A stretch of 64,000 bases of DNA from Clostridia bacterium (GCA_017461055.1 JAFTZI010000056.1:19175-83174), one strand, 5' to 3'; counted from the first letter of the stretch, positions 41,833 through 51,144 are shown. Numbers and translations: made by a program. The notes: generated from the sequence alone by a model not told the origin.

Positions 41833-44193
41833 ATGTTAATTTCAATGAATTGGATATCAGATTTTGTAAATCTTGACGGTGTCGACTTAAACGCATTAAT
41901 ACAAAAGTTCTCTCTTTCCACAGCAGAGGTAGAGAATGAAATTTTCTACAAGGGTAAGGATTTAAACGGAGTTGTAGTTGCTAAAATCGTTTCCGTTGAA
42001 AACCATCCCGAATCCAAGAAGCTTCATCTTTTAAAGGTTGATATAGGAGAGAGTGACTTAGTTGACGTTGTGTGCGGAGCGCCAAACGTAAGAGTAGGAA
42101 TGAAAACCGCATTTGCCAAGCTTGGCGCGCAAATCGGTGAAATTACAATCGCTCCGAGAGCCTTGGCAGGCTACACCTCACACGGTATGTGCTGCTCTGA
42201 AAAGGAGCTTGGCTTAAGCGATGAAAACTCAGGAATTATGGAAATTTTTGAGGACGTAGCCCTTGGCACAGACATTAAGGAAATTTACGATATTGACGAT
42301 ATCGTTTTCGAGGTTGATAATAAATCCTTAACTAACCGTCCTGACCTATGGGGTCACTACGGTATTGCAAGAGAAATTGCAGCCTTGGCAGGCAGAGAAT
42401 TAAAGCCGCTTCCAAAGGCAGACCTAAGCGCATATAACAATCTCCCTAAAATTGATTTAAAGATTGAGGACCCAATTTGTCAAAGATATTCTTGCTTGCA
42501 ATTTGAGAATATTACAAGACACGTAAGCCCTGTTAATATGCGTATTCGTTTGTTCTACTGCGGTATGCGTGCAATTAACTTCTTAGCCGATATTACAAAC
42601 TACATTATGCTTGAAATGGGTCAGCCAATGCACGCCTTCGACTCACGTAAGGTGGAAAAAATCAGAATTAAGAGATTTGACAAGCCATTCGACTTTGAAA
42701 CTCTTGACGGTGTAAAGCGCCATATCGACGAAAATACACTTATGATTTGCAATGGCAACAGCCCTGTTGCAATAGCAGGTATTATGGGCGGCCTTGATTC
42801 TGAAATCGTTGAGGACACATCCTCGTTAACTCTTGAATCCGCAACCTTTGAGGCTTCCTCTATCAGAAAAAGCTCATCCCGTCTTGCTCACCGTACAGAT
42901 GCATCTCAGCGTTATGAAAAGAGCCTTGACCCTGAGCTTACAGTTTCCGCAATTGAAAGATTTGTAAAAATTCTTTCCGATTGGGACAACGGTGTTAAAA
43001 TCACATCCTCATTAACCGACGAGTATAGCTATAAGTACGACAAGGTAACATTAAGCTTTGATAAGAATTTTGTTGACCGCTACACAGGTATTGAAATTTC
43101 CAATGAAACCATTGTAAAGACCTTGAAGGCGCTCGGCTTCGGTGTTAACCTTGAAAACGACAGCTTTACAGTTGAGGTTCCGTCCTGGAGAGCAACAAAG
43201 GACGTTACCTTAAAGGCGGACATCATCGAGGAAATTACACGTATTTACGGCTACGATAACTTTAATGTAAATACAACAGTAGCTCCGCTTTACCCTGTTC
43301 GTGCCTTTGTTGAAAAGACAACAGATGAGCAGATAAAGGATATTCTTGTAAAAGCCTTCGGATTACACGAGGTTCATTCATACATTTGGGCATATACGGA
43401 CGAATGTAAAAAGCTTGGTATTGAATATGAAAGCAATATAAAGCTTCTTAATGCCACAAACCCAAATATCGAAACCATTAGAAAATCAATGGTACCGAAT
43501 CAGCTTTGTCAGGTTAAGTCAAACACCTCTTACGCTTCAGACTTCGGTATTTTTGAAATCGGCAGAGTTGTAAATGGTTTAAAGGAAAACGGTATGTGCG
43601 ACGAGCAGAAAAAGCTTTGCATCACCCTTTTCTCAAAGACCAAGAATGTTGTAGAGCTTTACTACGACCTTGCAAATATAATTTCAAGCGTAGTTGATGA
43701 TATTAAGCATCGCTCACTTGAATATAAGGCTGTTACAACAGAGCTTAACTACATTCATCCAAAGAACTACAATGAAATCATCTTAAACGGAGTGTGCATC
43801 GGTAATATAGGTATTGTACATCCAACCGTTTCTAAGAAGATTGATAAAAAGGCAAGCGTTGTATTCCTTGAAATTGATGTAAATAAGCTTGTGGGTGTTG
43901 AAAATGCAGGTATTCACTATGTTGAAGCGCCTAAGTACCCAACAATTGACGTTGACGTTACCTTTGTTACTTCAAGGTATGCTCCTATTGCCGATGCAAT
44001 AAAGCAGGTTAACTCCAGCCTTATTAAGAAGGAAGCAGTAGTTGACACCTACGAGGATGAAAGCGGAAAATCCATAACAGTACGTCTGACCTTTATGCAC
44101 GAGGACAGAACTCTTACAAAGGACGAGGTTATGGAAATTGTAGATAAGATAATTGCTATTTTAAAGGCTCAAGGCATTGAAATGAAGCAATAA
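41833..44193 (+). CDS. pheT: Phenylalanine--tRNA ligase beta subunit
   Basis: 786 aa. MLISMNWISDFV, tRNA-binding domain VVVAKIVSVENHPESKKLHLLKVDIG, B3/4 and B5 regions, C-terminal FDX-ACB-like domain. Confidence 0.95.
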   Translation: MLISMNWISDFVNLDGVDLNALIQKFSLSTAEVENEIFYKGKDLNGVVVAKIVSVENHPESKKLHLLKVDIGESDLVDVVCGAPNVRVGMKTAFAKLGAQIGEITIAPRALAGYTSHGMCCSEKELGLSDENSGIMEIFEDVALGTDIKEIYDIDDIVFEVDNKSLTNRPDLWGHYGIAREIAALAGRELKPLPKADLSAYNNLPKIDLKIEDPICQRYSCLQFENITRHVSPVNMRIRLFYCGMRAINFLADITNYIMLEMGQPMHAFDSRKVEKIRIKRFDKPFDFETLDGVKRHIDENTLMICNGNSPVAIAGIMGGLDSEIVEDTSSLTLESATFEASSIRKSSSRLAHRTDASQRYEKSLDPELTVSAIERFVKILSDWDNGVKITSSLTDEYSYKYDKVTLSFDKNFVDRYTGIEISNETIVKTLKALGFGVNLENDSFTVEVPSWRATKDVTLKADIIEEITRIYGYDNFNVNTTVAPLYPVRAFVEKTTDEQIKDILVKAFGLHEVHSYIWAYTDECKKLGIEYESNIKLLNATNPNIETIRKSMVPNQLCQVKSNTSYASDFGIFEIGRVVNGLKENGMCDEQKKLCITLFSKTKNVVELYYDLANIISSVVDDIKHRSLEYKAVTTELNYIHPKNYNEIILNGVCIGNIGIVHPTVSKKIDKKASVVFLEIDVNKLVGVENAGIHYVEAPKYPTIDVDVTFVTSRYAPIADAIKQVNSSLIKKEAVVDTYEDESGKSITVRLTFMHEDRTLTKDEVMEIVDKIIAILKAQGIEMKQ

Positions 44194-44246
44194 TTAATGA
44201 ATGGGCTGTCGTAATTAGAAAGCCGATTGTACAATATAATAAATTG

Positions 44247-44430
44247 CCTTCTCCAGTGGGTAGCGAAGCGGCATTGTGGTAGTGAATAACACTCGGTGAG
44301 TGTTAGAGCCACAATGTGACCGAGCCGCAGCGAGAAAGGTGGCACGCAGAGCGTGACGGATGAGGTGTTTTTATGTTAAACTACTACTCATCCACCGCTT
44401 ACGCGGTCCCCCTTCTCTCACAAGAGAAGG
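44247..44430. repeat. GC-rich intergenic element made of nested or alternating inverted repeats (REP/MITE-like)
   Basis: Hairpin 1: CATTGTGG (44272-44279) / CCACAATG (44309-44316), enclosing AACACTC (44288-44294) / GAGTGTT (44298-44304). Hairpin 2: GGATGAG (44358-44364) / CTCATCC (44387-44393), extended by GCGT/ACGC. Hairpin 3: CCTTCTC (44411-44417) / GAGAAGG (44424-44430). Arms 44327-44367 and 44385-44430 are imperfect inverted copies of one unit. Confidence 0.6.
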
Positions 44431-44485
44431 CATAGTTTTGTGTAATTTTCTTAAATGCTGCATTAAAGAAGGGAGAGAGGCTGAT

Positions 44486-46123
44486 ATGGCTATGCGCGGA
44501 AAAAATATGCACCTTGCCTTTGGCTTGGAGGTTATATTTGACGATGCGGAATTTGTCATAAGCGATAAGGACAAGGTTGGAATTGTCGGCGTTAACGGTG
44601 CCGGTAAAACAACGCTTTTCAAGGTTCTTTTAGGCAAGGAAAGCTTAGATAGCGGTATTATATCAACAGGCAACTCACGCATTGGCTATCTCCCGCAGGA
44701 AATCGTAGTGGAAAATGAGCATCAGACTGTATGGGACTATCTTCGCCAAGGCAGACCAATCGGTGCTCTTGAAAATGAGCTTAACGATATATACGTTAAA
44801 TTGGAAACAGCAGAAGGCGAGGAGCAGGAAAGGCTTCTTAGACGTATGGGCAAGGTTCAAGAGCTTTTGGAGTATTTTGAATGCTATGATGCAGAGGACA
44901 TTTTATTTGACTTAGTTAACGAAATGGAAATAGACTTAGACCTGTTAGAGCGTCCTATGAGCGAGCTGTCCGGCGGTCAAAAGTCCAAAATGGCATTTTG
45001 TCAGCTTTTGTTTTCCAAATCGGAAATCCTTTTGCTTGACGAGCCCACTAACCACTTGGACGTTTCCACAAAGGACTATATAACCAAGCGTCTCAAGACC
45101 TATAACGGAATGGTACTGATAATAAGCCACGATGTTGATTTTTTAAATCAGATTATCAACAAAACAATGCTTGTTAATAAAATCACCCACAAAATACAAA
45201 TGTACGACGGTGATTATACAACCTACCAAAAGAAATATGCCGAGGAAATGCGTCTGCGTGAAATGACAATAGTACAGCAGGAAAAGGAAATAAAAACCCT
45301 TGAGGAATTTGTCCTTCGCGCAAAGCAGGCAAGCCAAACAAATCACGCATTAAAGCGTATGGGACAGGAAAGAGCCCTGCGCCTTGAAAAAAAGAGAGCA
45401 GAAATGCTCACACGCCTAAAAACCTATAAGCGTGTAAAAATGGACATTCGCCCCTTAAGAGAGGGAGCAAAAATTCCGCTTGAGGTTGAAAATTTAACCT
45501 TTAATTACCCTGACCGGCCCCTTCTTTATAAGGATTTGTCCTTTAAAATCAACGGGGGAGAGCGGTTCTTGGTCGTTGGCGAAAACGGTGTCGGTAAATC
45601 AACCCTTTTAAAGCTCATTATGAACATTTTACAGCCACAGGGTGGCAAAATTCGATATAATGACAAAACAGATATTGCGTATTACGCGCAGGAATTAGAG
45701 CAGCTTGACCTTGAAAAAACAATTCTCCAAAACGTTGACGGAGAAAAGTACACCGAGTGGCAGCTAAGAGGCGCGCTCAGTAACTTCCTTTTCTATGAGG
45801 ACGACGTTAACAAAAAGGTAAAGGTTTTATCCCCAGGTGAAAAGGCGAGGGTGGCGCTGTGCAAGGTGCTTTTGCAAAAGGCAAATCTTTTGATTTTGGA
45901 TGAGCCCACAAACCATTTAGACCCAGAAACTCAAAAAATAATAGGCGGTAACTTTAAGCTGTTTGAGGGCACCATAATCGTAGTCAGTCACAACCCCTCG
46001 TTTGTGGAGCAAATCGGTATTAGCCGTATGCTTGTTTTACCCTTTGGCAGAATTGAGGAATATTCTCACGAGCTGCTTGAATATTATTATGAATTAAACA
46101 CACCTGATGAGGAGAAGTATTAA
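44486..46123 (+). CDS. ABC-F family ATPase (two ABC domains, no TM; translation-factor/ribosome-associated type)
   Basis: ATG at 44486 with GGGAGAGAGG RBS. Walker A GVNGAGKTT and GENGVGKST; signatures LSGGQKSKM and LSPGEKARV; Walker B LLLDEPTNHLD and LILDEPTNHLD; charged inter-domain linker. The track N-terminal extension from 44360 translates the repeat element. Confidence 0.9.
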   Translation: MAMRGKNMHLAFGLEVIFDDAEFVISDKDKVGIVGVNGAGKTTLFKVLLGKESLDSGIISTGNSRIGYLPQEIVVENEHQTVWDYLRQGRPIGALENELNDIYVKLETAEGEEQERLLRRMGKVQELLEYFECYDAEDILFDLVNEMEIDLDLLERPMSELSGGQKSKMAFCQLLFSKSEILLLDEPTNHLDVSTKDYITKRLKTYNGMVLIISHDVDFLNQIINKTMLVNKITHKIQMYDGDYTTYQKKYAEEMRLREMTIVQQEKEIKTLEEFVLRAKQASQTNHALKRMGQERALRLEKKRAEMLTRLKTYKRVKMDIRPLREGAKIPLEVENLTFNYPDRPLLYKDLSFKINGGERFLVVGENGVGKSTLLKLIMNILQPQGGKIRYNDKTDIAYYAQELEQLDLEKTILQNVDGEKYTEWQLRGALSNFLFYEDDVNKKVKVLSPGEKARVALCKVLLQKANLLILDEPTNHLDPETQKIIGGNFKLFEGTIIVVSHNPSFVEQIGISRMLVLPFGRIEEYSHELLEYYYELNTPDEEKY

Positions 46124-46708
46124 ATGAAGCTTGATTTTATGTTTATATTCAATAGCATTCTTTTGGGTGTTGGACTTGCTATGGATGCCTTTTCCGTTTC
46201 ATTAGCCAATGGCTTAAATGAGCAGACGATGAAAAGGGGTAAGGCGCTTGGCATAGCAGGAGTGTTCGCCTTTTTCCAAGGACTTATGCCGCTTATTGGC
46301 TGGATATGCGTTCACAGCATCTTATCTTACTTTCAAGCCTTTGAAAAATTTATTCCTTGGATCGCCTTAATTCTGCTTTTGCTCATAGGAGGAAAAATGC
46401 TTTTCGACGGTATTTTTCATAAAGAGGGCGAGGAGAAAAAGGCAATCGGTATTTTAGGCTTGCTCCTACAGGGAATAGCAACATCAATAGATGCCCTAAG
46501 CGTTGGCTTTACAATAGCAGAGTATGATATAAAAATGGCTTTTGTCTCCGTTTTAACAATCGCATTAGTAACCTTCGCAATCTGCTTTTGCGGAATTGAA
46601 ATAGGTAAAAAATTCGGCACAAAGCTATCAAATAAAGCAACAATATTTGGCGGAATTATTTTAATCGCCATTGGTATAGAAATTTTTATAACGGGGTTAA
46701 TAAAATGA
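46124..46708 (+). CDS. mntP: Manganese efflux pump MntP family protein
   Basis: ILLGVGLAMDAFSVSLANG and the second-half ATSIDALSVGFT (duplicated DUF204 motifs). 6 TM. The ATG directly abuts the ABC-F stop codon. Confidence 0.8.
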   Translation: MKLDFMFIFNSILLGVGLAMDAFSVSLANGLNEQTMKRGKALGIAGVFAFFQGLMPLIGWICVHSILSYFQAFEKFIPWIALILLLLIGGKMLFDGIFHKEGEEKKAIGILGLLLQGIATSIDALSVGFTIAEYDIKMAFVSVLTIALVTFAICFCGIEIGKKFGTKLSNKATIFGGIILIAIGIEIFITGLIK

Positions 46709-47316
46709 TAAAAAACGTAATTTTTGATTTTGGACAGGTTCTTGTACACTTTGAGCCTGAATATATGGTAAGGCAATATGTAAGCGACAGCGATGATGTA
46801 AAGCTTCTTTCAGAGGCGGTATTTGACCGTCTTTATTGGGATAAGCTTGATCTTGGCACAATAACCGATGAGGAAACAATTGCTCTTGTAAAGGAAAGAA
46901 TACCGAAAAGACTTTGGGACGTGGCTGAAAAAATCCATTGGAACTGGATTTATAACATCCCCGAGGTTGACGGAATGAAGGAACTGATTAAGTACATAAA
47001 GAAAGAATACGGTGTAGGCGTATATGTTCTTTCCAACATTTCAAAATATTTTGCCGAGCATAGCGGTGAAATAGAAATATTAAAGGAAGCAGACGGATGC
47101 GTTTTCTCCGCCTATTTGGGCATAACCAAGCCAGACCATAGAATTTTCAACCATTTGTGCGAAAAATTCGGCATAAATCCAAGTGAGGCGATTTTTGTTG
47201 ATGACAACTCAAATAACATAGCTTCATCTGTTGAATTTGGTCTTAATGGCTATCTGTTTGATAAGGATGCACAAAAGCTAAAGACCTATTTTGACGAGGT
47301 GCTAAAGCAGAAATAG
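46705..47316 (+). CDS. HAD-superfamily hydrolase (subfamily IA-like)
   Basis: IKNVIFDFGQVLVHF (motif I variant), VLSNIS (motif II), KPDHRIF, FVDDNSNN (motif IV). 4-nt overlap with mntP. Confidence 0.75.
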   Translation: MIKNVIFDFGQVLVHFEPEYMVRQYVSDSDDVKLLSEAVFDRLYWDKLDLGTITDEETIALVKERIPKRLWDVAEKIHWNWIYNIPEVDGMKELIKYIKKEYGVGVYVLSNISKYFAEHSGEIEILKEADGCVFSAYLGITKPDHRIFNHLCEKFGINPSEAIFVDDNSNNIASSVEFGLNGYLFDKDAQKLKTYFDEVLKQK

Positions 47317-47345
47317 ACTGAGCCAATATCTGTTTATGTAAAATG

Positions 47346-47372
47346 GGTGTACCAAACGTGGTACACCTTTTT
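47346..47372 (+). terminator. Rho-independent terminator
   Basis: GGTGTACC (47346-47353), aaacgt, GGTACACC (47360-47367), TTTTT. Confidence 0.8.
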
Positions 47373-47373
47373 C

Positions 47374-47402
47374 TTGACTAACTTTAATAAATATGTTATA
47401 TT
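47374..47402 (+). promoter_or_regulatory. Putative promoter of the 5'-nucleotidase gene
   Basis: TTGACT (47374-47379), 17 nt, TATATT (47397-47402). Confidence 0.45.
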
Positions 47403-47433
47403 ACAAGTAGAGAGAACGTAAAGGAGAAAGAAA

Positions 47434-48348
47434 ATGCCAGTAGATTTAAGCGGAAAATTAGTAGTTGGAATTTCCTCACGCGCGCTTTTTGACTTAGAGG
47501 AGGAAAATAAAATATTTGAGGAGCAGGGCTTGGAGGCTTATTCAAAATATCAGCAGGAGCACGAAAACGATATTTTAAAGCCGGGTACAGCCTTTCCATT
47601 AATAAAAGCATTGCATAACCTTAACTGTGGAGAAAAGAAGCTAACTGAGATTATAGTTATGTCAAAAAATAACACATCAACCAGTATGCGTATTTTCAAT
47701 TCAATAAAGCATTATGGGCTTGATATTTCAAGAGCCGCCCTTGTTAGCGGAATGTCCTTAGCGCCCTATCTTGCTGCCTTTAAAACAGATTTGTTTTTGT
47801 CAGCCTCGGAGCAGGACGTGCAGGAGGCAATAAATGCCAATATTGCGGCAGGAATAATTTGCTCAAACAAGGACCTGCCAATTGACCATAGTGAAGAAAT
47901 TTCTCAAATAAGAATTGCCTTTGACGGAGATGCGGTAATTTTCTCCGACGAAAGTGAAAAGATATTTAAACAGGACGGAATAAAAGCCTTTGAGCAGCAC
48001 GAGGAGCAAAATGCAAAAAATCCCTTACCGGAAGGCCCCTTTGCTAAGCTTTTAAAAACAATTTCCTTAGTTCAAAGCGAATTTGACGATGTGTCTATTC
48101 CAATAAGAACAGCCCTTGTCACAGCCAGAAATGCCCCTGCCCACGAGCGTGTTATAAGAACGCTTCGCGCTTGGAATGTTCGCATTGATGAAGCATTTTT
48201 CTTAGGCGGAATAGAAAAAAGCGCAGTTTTAAAGGCATTCGGAGCGCACATTTTCTTTGACGACCAAACAGTACATATCGACCCTGCCTCAAGCTTAGTT
48301 CCCGCCGCCCGCGTACCGTACAAAAGCACTGAGGAGCAGAAAAATTAA
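47434..48348 (+). CDS. 5'-nucleotidase family protein (PF06189-like)
   Basis: LVVGISSRALFDLEEENKIFEEQGLEAYSKYQQEHENDILKPGTAFPLIKAL and IAFDGDAVIFSDESEKIF...LVTARNAPAHERVIRTLRAWNVRIDEAFFLGG match my memory of this family. Not verified. Confidence 0.6.
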   Translation: MPVDLSGKLVVGISSRALFDLEEENKIFEEQGLEAYSKYQQEHENDILKPGTAFPLIKALHNLNCGEKKLTEIIVMSKNNTSTSMRIFNSIKHYGLDISRAALVSGMSLAPYLAAFKTDLFLSASEQDVQEAINANIAAGIICSNKDLPIDHSEEISQIRIAFDGDAVIFSDESEKIFKQDGIKAFEQHEEQNAKNPLPEGPFAKLLKTISLVQSEFDDVSIPIRTALVTARNAPAHERVIRTLRAWNVRIDEAFFLGGIEKSAVLKAFGAHIFFDDQTVHIDPASSLVPAARVPYKSTEEQKN

Positions 48349-48424
48349 AAATTTCAAAAAATGTGTAACCAATTCACTTAAAATTCCGTCTATATAAGTG
48401 AAGGACAAAATTGGAGGTGAAAAT

Positions 48425-49807
48425 ATGAAAAATAAGCTAAGCACATTATTTATCAGTCTGTTACTTACTTTCTTAGTGATATTTTGTCTTTCATCCTGTG
48501 AAAGTAGTGAAACAGAAAATCCACCAAGCAGTACGTTAGGCACCACTCAGTCGCAAACAATCGACAGTCAGGGTCAAGCTGACATAATCGACAGGGGTGA
48601 CGGGGCAGGTAACACCGACGTAAAGGACGAGAATCAAGCCATAGACTTAATGGCAGGCTACACAGCGGGTATATCAAGCACAAGGGAGCTTGATGAGGCA
48701 TTTATCTCTAATGGGTGGCGTCTTGCAACACAGCTTTTTAAAAGCTCAAACGAATCAAGCCCCAACGGAAACGTGCTTATATCTCCTTTGTCAATTCAGT
48801 TAGCCCTTGCTATGACAGCAAACGGTGCCGAGGGTGAAACCAAGACCCAAATGGAAACACTTTTAGGTAATAATTTTACAATTGATGAGCTTAATGCTTA
48901 TCTTAAAACCTATGTAAGCAATTTACCAAACGAAAAGGGCTACAAATTAAATGTAGCAAACTCCATATGGTTTAGAAATTGGGGCTTTGCGCCTAATTCG
49001 GATTTTTTGCAAGCAAATAAAAATTACTACGATGCAAGCATTTATTCTGCCCCCTTTGATAATACCACAGTTAACGACATAAACAACTGGGTAAATACAA
49101 ATACCGACGGTATGATTAAAAAGCTCTTAGACCAAATAAGCAACAACTCGATTATGTATTTAATTAATGCCATTGCCTTTGATGCTGAATGGGATGTAAA
49201 GTACAGTGAGGACAGCATACACAACGATTTGTTTACTATGGAAAACGGTGAAACCAAGGAAACAGAATTTATGCAGTCAACAGAGTATGCCTACTATGAG
49301 TTAAACAATGCCGTAGGCTTTAGAAAGGATTATAAGAACGGTCAATATTCCTTTGTAGCACTTTTGCCAAATGAAGAAATCAGCATAAACGACTTTGTTA
49401 ATTCGCTTTCCTATGAGGAAATAATCAATATGCTGAATAACCCTGACTATTCAAAGGATGTTATAGCAAAAATGCCAAAGTTCAGCTATGAATATAGCTT
49501 GGAAATGAATGATGTTCTTTCATCCTTAGGCATGGAAAGAGCATTTGATCAAACCGGAGCCGAATTTGGCAAAATAGGTCAAGCAGGCGGAAATATTTTC
49601 ATAGGTGCAGTCCGTCATAAAACCTTTATCAGTGTTGACGAGGCAGGAACAAAAGCAGGCGCGGTTACATTGGTGGAAGTAAAGGAGGAGTGCGCAGGCG
49701 AGAGAAACGAAATAGAAATAGTACTTGACAGACCCTTTGTATATATGATAATAGATAACGCAACAGGCTTACCTGTATTTATAGGTACATTAACAAGTAT
49801 CAAGTAG
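48425..49807 (+). CDS. Serpin-family protease inhibitor, lipoprotein form
   Basis: ATG at 48425 with GGAGGTG RBS. MKNKLSTLFISLLLTFLVIFCLSSC/ESSE lipobox. NVLISPLSIQLALAMTANGAEGET, hinge VDEAGTKAGAVT, C-terminal VLDRPFVYMIIDNATGLPVFIG (serpin signature). Confidence 0.85.
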   Translation: MKNKLSTLFISLLLTFLVIFCLSSCESSETENPPSSTLGTTQSQTIDSQGQADIIDRGDGAGNTDVKDENQAIDLMAGYTAGISSTRELDEAFISNGWRLATQLFKSSNESSPNGNVLISPLSIQLALAMTANGAEGETKTQMETLLGNNFTIDELNAYLKTYVSNLPNEKGYKLNVANSIWFRNWGFAPNSDFLQANKNYYDASIYSAPFDNTTVNDINNWVNTNTDGMIKKLLDQISNNSIMYLINAIAFDAEWDVKYSEDSIHNDLFTMENGETKETEFMQSTEYAYYELNNAVGFRKDYKNGQYSFVALLPNEEISINDFVNSLSYEEIINMLNNPDYSKDVIAKMPKFSYEYSLEMNDVLSSLGMERAFDQTGAEFGKIGQAGGNIFIGAVRHKTFISVDEAGTKAGAVTLVEVKEECAGERNEIEIVLDRPFVYMIIDNATGLPVFIGTLTSIK

Positions 49808-49883
49808 GGCGTGCTTTCAATAATGGAAAGCAAAAAAGGACGGATGTGTCGCAATTAGCGACACTCCCCCCCCGTAAAATAAT

Positions 49884-49924
49884 ATGCCACAATGGGAATA
49901 AGTCCATTGTGGCATTACTTTTTT
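49884..49924. terminator. Bidirectional terminator between the serpin gene and bcp
   Basis: 12-bp stem ATGCCACAATGG (49884-49895), 8-nt loop, CCATTGTGGCAT (49904-49915), then tactttttt. A/T-rich on both flanks. A second hairpin GTGTCGC-aatta-GCGACAC lies just upstream, at about 49846-49864. Confidence 0.7.
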
Positions 49925-50375
49925 AAAGCATAGCTAAAATTTCCATAGCATTTGTGTCAGGCTTTACCTTAGGCATAATTTCTTGAATGTAACCGTTTTC
50001 GTCAATTATAAAGGTTGTCCGAACCACACCCATAGATGTTTTGCCACAAAGCTTCTTTTCCTGCCATACACCGTAGCTTTCAATAGCTTTTCTTTCCGGG
50101 TCAGCCAAAAGAATAAATGGAAGATCATATTTTTGGGCAAATTTTACGTGGGAAGCAACGCTGTCCTTACTAATTCCAATTACGATTACACCCTTATTTT
50201 CAAACTCCTTGTACAGTCCCGCAAAGGCACAGGCTTGCCTTGTACAGCCCGGAGTGCTGTCCTTGGGATAAAAATACAAAACAACCCTCTTTCCCAAAAA
50301 GTCAGTAAGAGAAACCTCATTGTTATTTGTGTCAACAAGAGTAAAACAGGGGGCCTTATCGCCAATTTTAATCAT
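49923..50375 (-). CDS. bcp: Thioredoxin-dependent thiol peroxidase (Bcp / PrxQ)
   Basis: ATG at 50375 (MIKIGDKAPCFTL) with TAAGGAGA RBS. VVLYFYPKDSTPGCTRQACAF is the peroxidatic/resolving Cys motif. Confidence 0.9.
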   Translation of the reverse strand: MIKIGDKAPCFTLVDTNNNEVSLTDFLGKRVVLYFYPKDSTPGCTRQACAFAGLYKEFENKGVIVIGISKDSVASHVKFAQKYDLPFILLADPERKAIESYGVWQEKKLCGKTSMGVVRTTFIIDENGYIQEIMPKVKPDTNAMEILAML

Positions 50376-50385
50376 ACCCGTCTCC

Positions 50386-51144
50386 TTATATTTCAATTTC
50401 GGCGCAAACTGCAAAATGGTCGGAGTAATATTGTCCGTTTACAGGAATATCCTCGACCCTGTGTACGCTTTTGCAAGCTCCGTTTGTGAAAATATAGTCA
50501 ATTTTAACCTGCTTTTCCTGTGGCAACGCTCCAAACGCATGGAATGTCGGGCCAATATTCAAGGTGCAATCAATACAGCCCTTGCTTGCTAAATTTTCAG
50601 TTATCATTTTAATTTCCTTGGTGCTTGGCTCAGCATTAAAGTCACCCGTTAAAATGAATTTTTCCTCATATTTTGCAATGTCAGCGGTTAATTGTGTTGA
50701 CTCCTGTACACGTGCCCTTTCACCTGTGTGGTCAAGGTGAGTATTAATGAATCTGAAGGGCTTTTCAATATCGTTGTGCTTTAATAAAAGGGAGGTGTAC
50801 ATTCTTGGACAGGGGCTATGGTCAAAACCGTATTTTGAGCCCGGAACGCTTGGCGTTTCGGAGAGCCAAACATTTTCAAGAGAAATAAGCTCAAACAAAT
50901 CGGGCTTAAAGGCAATAAGCATAGCCTCATCCTTGTAATTCCATCCTCTGCCACAGCCAACGGTTGTATATTCTTTAAGAGCAGCGCGAATCTTAGGTCT
51001 CATGCTGTCAGTAACCTCTTGAAAGCCGATAATGTCAGCATTTTCATTTCTTATTGTGTCTATTACACGCTGAAATCTGTTAGTAAAGGAATTGATTCCG
51101 TCGTGCTCTGTGTCCATTCTTAAATTAAATGTCATTATTTTCAT
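50386..51144 (-). CDS. Endonuclease/exonuclease/phosphatase (EEP) family protein
   Basis: MKIMTFNLRMDTEHDG...ADIIGFQEV...NTHLDH...LTGDFN...SDHFAV are the conserved EEP catalytic motifs. The stop lies 8 nt before the bcp start. Confidence 0.8.
   Translation of the reverse strand: MKIMTFNLRMDTEHDGINSFTNRFQRVIDTIRNENADIIGFQEVTDSMRPKIRAALKEYTTVGCGRGWNYKDEAMLIAFKPDLFELISLENVWLSETPSVPGSKYGFDHSPCPRMYTSLLLKHNDIEKPFRFINTHLDHTGERARVQESTQLTADIAKYEEKFILTGDFNAEPSTKEIKMITENLASKGCIDCTLNIGPTFHAFGALPQEKQVKIDYIFTNGACKSVHRVEDIPVNGQYYSDHFAVCAEIEI

Noticed and set aside
44332-44370. T-box-like string GGTGGCACGC followed by a T-run, which could suggest a T-box riboswitch downstream of pheT
   Set aside because: The flanks cannot form the antiterminator A1 helix: there is no CCY partner after the small hairpin. 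No Stem I, specifier loop or AGAGA-type motifs are visible, and the downstream gene is not a typical T-box target.
44360-44485. N-terminal 42 codons of the track ORF 44360-46123 (MRCFYVKLLLIHRLRGPPSLTREG...)
   Set aside because: This stretch translates the GC-rich inverted-repeat element. A strong RBS precedes the internal ATG at 44486, and the ABC-F homology starts there.
49983-50489. 168-aa plus-strand ORF
   Set aside because: It is antisense to bcp and the EEP gene, both of which have clear family motifs and RBSs.
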